Part shown: positions 59,123 through 64,000 of the stretch, piece by piece
Layout: every line of letters starts with the position of its first letter
Position numbering within the stretch: the first letter of the stretch is position 1
Assembly (NCBI GenBank): GCA_965240325.2
Contig: OZ251247.1
Location: forward strand, 434,001-498,000
DNA length: 64,000 nucleotides
Direction of reading: 5' to 3'
From: Rebecca billardiae RCC1528
Lineage: Eukaryota > Protista > Haptophyta
Notes under the pieces: generated by a model
What the model was told of the DNA's origin: nothing
What the model saw: only the letters and a program-made list of their open reading frames with translations
Databases searched by the model: none
Translations under genes and position numbers: made by a program

Positions 59123-59950
59123 CGCCGCCGCCGACCGTTACGCCGACCGTTACGCCGAGCGCAAGCGGGCTGAGCGGGCTCGCGGCGCGGCCGCCCAGCG
59201 CGCCCGGCGGCGTGCTCGCGCGCTCGCTCCCGTACCCGTACCGCTCGGCGCCGTACCGCTCGGCGTACCGCTCGGCGTAACGGTCGGTGTAACGGTCAGA
59301 GTCCGTAACGACCAGCATCCCCCAGTCGCGCGCCGCCGCGACCGCCGCCGCCACCGCGTCCGCCACTGTGCGCTGCGGCGACATGTGCGCAGCGGCGGCC
59401 GCGGGCTCGGGGGCGAAGGCGGCGTGCGGCGAGGAGGGCGGCGCAAAGTAGCCGCTGCCCCCCTCCGCGCACGCCGCGCGCAGCAGCGGCGAGCCGCCGC
59501 CGCCGCCGGCAGCATGGCCGCCGCCGGCAGCATGGCCGCCGCCGGCAGCATGGCCGCCGGCAGCATGGCCGCCGCCGTCCGCGCCGCCGCGCCCGCCCGC
59601 CGCCGGCGCCGACAGCGGCCGCAGCGGCGGCGAGGGCTCGGGCGGCGCGGGCGCGGCCGCACCGGGCGACGCGCTCCGCCCGGCCGCGGCGCGCAGCGGC
59701 ACGGCCAGCAGCGCGGCCGCGCCGCCGCCATCGCCATCGCCATCGCCACCGCCGGCGCCGCGGCCGCGGCCGCCGCCGCCGCCGCGCCCCGCCGCGCCGA
59801 GCGGCGGGGGCGCGCACGGCGCACCGTCCGGCGGCGGCGGCGCGAGGTGCGCGCGCCTTTGCGCGCGCAGCGGCGAGCCCGCTTCGCCCCCGCCGCCCTT
59901 CTCGATCGCCCCGCCACCCGCCGCCCCCCCACCACCACCCCCACCCCCAC

Positions 59951-59984
<34 letters not shown>

Positions 59985-61179
59985 CCCCCCGCCGCCCTCA
60001 CACACAGAGCTCAGCGCAGCGCCTGAGCCCGAGTGACCGTTACACAGCCCCGCCGTGTGCGACGAAACCCGGCGCACGGACGTATGGCTGCCGTCGTCCG
60101 ACGTCTCGGCGAGCAGCTCGTCGTACTGCGCGGACGAGCGGCCGCGCTGGTCGTACCAGTCGCGCACCTGCACGTGGGTAACATGCGGGTACATACGGGC
60201 GGGTACATACGGGCGGGTAGGAATGCGGGTAAATATGGGTAGGAGCGGGTGGTGGGGGGGGTGAGGATTGGCGGGCGGCGGCGGCGGCGGCGGCGCGCTC
60301 GCAGCGCGTGGGCTAGGGTTAGGGTTAGGGTTAGGGTTAGGGTTAGGGTTAGCGCGCGCACCTTGACGCACACGCCGGCAACGCGCAGCGGCCGGTTGGC
60401 TGTGGACTCCCACTCCCAGGCCCAGCCGCACTCGGCCTCGTCGGCGTCGCACCCGTCCGCGCCGTCGCGCGCGCCGCCCGCCACGCCGCCGCCCAGCGCG
60501 CCAGCGTGGCCGCCGGCGTAACCGCCGGCGTAACCGCCGCCGATCGAGTTGGACCGAGGCCGCGCGAGCGCGGTGCGCGCGCCCGCACTGCCGCCGCAGT
60601 CGACGCTCGCGCGGCGCGGGCGGTCGAGCGCGCCGCCGCCGCCGAAGCCGTCGGCGTCACCGCGCGCGTACGCGCCCGCGCCGGTGCCGCCGCGCCCGCC
60701 GCGCGCGCCCGCCGCCGCGGCGATGGCGGCGCCGCCCGTGAGCGGCGGCGGCGCGGCGGCGGAGGCGGCGGCGGGCTCGGGCGCGGTGCGCGCGTGCGCC
60801 CGCTGCAGATGCGCGAGCGCGAGTTCGGCCGCGGACGGCGGCGCGGGGTCCGAGTGGCGCTTGGCCGTGGCGCCGGTGTAACCGCCGGCGTACCCGCCGG
60901 CGGCGCGGCCAGCGCCGCGCGCGCCGCCGCCGCCGTCCGCGCCGCCGTCCGCGCCGCCGGCGGTTACGCCGGCGGTTACGCCGGCGGTTACGCCCGCGGC
61001 GCGCTTCGCGACGCGCCGCCGAATCACATACTTGTACTCGAGGAAACGATCGGCGCTGCTCGGCGCGTAACGGCCGGCGGGCGGGCGGCCGGAGGGCCCG
61101 GCGGCGCGCGCGCCGCCGCCGCACGCCGCCGTCGCCGCCGGCCCGCCGCCGCCGCCGCCGCCAGCCGCCGCCGCCGGCT

Positions 61180-61242
<63 letters not shown>

Positions 61243-62679
61243 GCGGCACAATGGAGCCCGCCGGCGCGGTGCGCGCGCGGAGCAGCGGCGGGCTGAGCGC
61301 GGGCGGCGCGTGGTCCGCGGCTGCGGCAGCGGCCGAGCGCACGCCACCACTGTCGCCACCACCGTCGCCGCCGCCCCGCGCGCGGCCCGCGCCGCCACCC
61401 TCCGCCGCCGCGCCCGCGCGCGCCACCGCCGCGCCCTCCGCGTGCTGCGGAGGGGCCACCGGGAGTTCGCTCGGCGACAGCAGCAGCTCGGCGTGCCACC
61501 ACGGCCACTCCGACGCGTCCGTGTGCATCGGCACGGACTGCGCGGGCTGCCAGCAGCCTGCACGGGGGGAGGGGTGCGGGTGGAGGGGTGGCGGTTGTTG
61601 GGGGCAGGGTTAGGGTTAGGGGTAGGGGTAGGGGTAGGGGTAGGGGTGACGGCCATCGGGGCAGGGCACGCGCCGCACGCGGCACGCAGGCCGCGCGCAC
61701 CGAGCGGGGGCGCGCTGCCCGTGAGGAACACCGTGTCCCCGAACCGCGTCGTGTCGCACCGCACCGACACCACCACCCAGCTGCACAGCGCGCGCGCACG
61801 CCAAATTAAACCCATGCATTAAAAAAGAATAGGCGGGCGGGACGGCGCGGGGCCACCGCACGCGCGTGCCGCACAGAGAGGGGGTGCAGGGGGTTAGGGT
61901 GTGTGTGTGTGTGCGCGCAGCCGCGCGCGCCGCGCGGGCGGGCCGGAAGCGCGCGGTGCGCCGCGCGGCACACACGTTGGCAGCGTCGCTGAGAGCGTGC
62001 GGCGGCGCAGCGAGCACGGCCCAGGGGCGGGGTTAGGGTTAGGGTTAGGGTTAGGCCCCGGGGCGGGGGCGGGCGGCGCGCCACCCGCCGACGGCGGCGG
62101 CTGCGGCGGCGCGAGCGCGGCGGTGGCGATGCTGCCGCCCCGCTCCCCCGCTGCGGCGGCGGCGGCGGCGGGCGCGCCCCCGCCCGGCCAAAGCGGCGGC
62201 GCAGCGGCGGCGGCGGAGGCGGCGGCGGCGCGGCCGCCCGCGCACTCGCGCGGTCGGCTGAGCGCTAGGAATGGCGGAACTGCGGCGTCTGCGTCGCGCG
62301 GCGCGCCGCCGCTCGGCCGCGCGAGCGCCTCCGAGGCGCGCAGCGGCGGCGAGAGCGGCGTCTGCGAGCGGAACGGGCTGCTGCCGTGGCCGTTACTCAA
62401 AACGTTACAGCCGCTGTTGCCACCGGCGCCGCCGCCGGCGGCGGCGCGGGCGGCGGAGGCGGCGACGCGGTGCGGCGCGGCGGCGGCGGTGCCGCCGCCG
62501 CCCGTCGGGATGGCGATGGGGTGCGGCGGCGGCACGCCGATGGGCATCGAGCCCGCGGGCGCGCCACCGTCGCTCGGCGCCGAGCCGCCGCCGCCGCCGC
62601 CGCCGCCGTCAGCGCGCGACGCGTCGCCACTGACTGGAGCGGACGGCGGCGGCGCGGCGGTTGGAGCTCTGTGCAGCAT
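58128..62679 (-). CDS. CBM20 (starch/glycogen-binding) domain protein with long low-complexity regions
   Basis: Exons 61780-61701, 61557-60362 and 60167-58128 join in frame: VSVRCDTTRFGDTVFLTGSAPPLGCWQP..SVPM...WPWW; LEYKYVI; WEWESTANR; VRDWY. The 5' end is uncertain (62679, or 61815); I could not find an in-phase GT donor for the first exon. Confidence 0.7.
60313..60352. repeat. Interstitial telomere-type (TTAGGG)n in an intron; related tracts at ~7705-7760, 7940-8005, 11745-11835, 61607-61647, 62031-62055
   Basis: Directly visible GGGTTA tandem units and GGGGTA variants. Confidence 0.9.
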
Positions 62680-64000
62680 GGCTGCCGTCCGCCGGGTGTG
62701 GGGCGTGCCCGCTGTCGGCGCGAGGCAGAGCGCACGCGGCGGTGCGCCTGCCTCCGCCGGGTGAGCCTGAGCGCACGCGCGCGCGCGCGCGCGCGCACGG
62801 CGCGCGAACACCCCGGCGGGCGCGTGAGCCGACGCGCCACAGCGGGCGGCGCGCGCCGGCCGCGGGCTCGCGGCGCGGGCGGCGGGGCGCGGGCGCGCGC
62901 GGCGCGCACCTCCCCGCGTGCGGAGGGCTGCGCCGAGTCTCCCGTGCCCCGTGCGCGCGTCGGCGCGCGCTCGGCCGGGGCGGCTGGCCGGCAGCGCGGC
63001 GGTGCGGCCGCGCGCGGTGGGGCGGCGGCGTTGCCGCTGCTGGGGCTCTGCTTGCGAGCGGCCGGGGCGCTCTTCGCCTGGGCGAGGCTGGGGCGGCGCC
63101 TGTGCCACCGCCTGCGCGCGCGGGCCAATCAGCGGCCATCACGGCGCGGTGCGCCTCAATAGGGGGCCGTTCCGCGTGGTCAATAGCTGCGCCTAGTGCG
63201 CGGTCTCATCAGCGCAGCCAATCGGGGTGCGCGGTTGCGGCCGCGCACTACCGCGCCGAAACCGCCGGGTACGTCGACCGTCCAAAGGCCCACGGGCGCG
63301 GCGGCCTTCTCACGCTTTCTCAAATGATCTTGCTGGCGGCCAAAGCTCGCAGAGACTTCTCTCGCCGCCGCGCCTTCCCTTCCGCACGATGGCGGCGGGC
63401 GCGTGGCGGCTCTCGGCTCGGCTGGCCTTCCCTTCGCCCGCGCGAGCGGCACCTGCGCGGGCGGCGCCCGGCAGGGATGCGTCGTACGCGCTCTTCCGGG
63501 CAGGCTGCGCACGCGCGGCGCGCCGCCCAGTCGCTGCACGGCCCGGACGGCGCAAGGCGGCCGCTTTCAGACTCGCGGCTGTAGATGCGGCGGCGGCTCC
63601 GACGGAGGCCGCGGCGGCGATGGGACCGTCGCGTGCCACGCCACGCTGCCGCCCTGCAACGGGCGCTACCATGCGCGTCACCTCCGAGCGTGCGCGCCCG
63701 GCGGCCACCCAGACGTCGATCGCGCCGCGTCGAGGAGCCAGCGCCGAGACGGCGCGCGACAGCACGGCCGCGCCTGCCGCCGAGAAGAAAACAATTCGTG
63801 CGCGCGATAAAGTGTCTTCAAAAGCGAGCCGGGGTGAAAAAATCGGACAGCAGCAGAACTCTCGCGCTCGCCGCGCGCGCGCCCGAGCGCGCAGCCGGGG
63901 GCTGGCTGGACCGCACACGCACGCGCGTGCCAGCGACGCGCCGCGCGAGCGCACGGCTCGGCGCGCGGGGAGCAGCCGACCGGGCGAGAGGGGGCGCCCC

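Noticed and set aside
63389-64000. ATG-initiated open frame running off the window end, downstream of CCAAT motifs
   Set aside because: No domain motif, and the composition is compatible with GC-rich non-coding DNA; cannot be supported from this window.

Overview
Very GC-rich eukaryotic genomic DNA with GT-AG introns, (GT)n and TTAGGG-like repeats in introns, and long GGC/GCC runs in exons. The style resembles a haptophyte or other high-GC alga, which is inference only. The flanks carry intron-containing genes: a six-exon TLC + cytochrome b5 + multi-TM + ABM/DUF3291-like + Zn-ribbon fusion (2623-8690), a PP2C phosphatase (9167-14400) and a CBM20 protein (58128-~62679). Between them is a ~43 kb accessory compartment. 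It holds a decayed split-direct-repeat (DIRS/PAT/Ngaro-type) retroelement with an internal 183-bp satellite, several non-autonomous TIR transposons, a 1.6-kb palindrome and a sulfotransferase-like gene. The main system is an array of 12 intronless, co-oriented F-box + RCC1 propeller genes (24152-55755). Their framework is conserved, while the repeat-loop positions are hypervariable and N-, middle and C-terminal segments are shuffled between paralogues. This looks like a diversifying SCF substrate-receptor (immune or self/non-self-like) repertoire. All family assignments come from motifs read by eye; no database searches were run.
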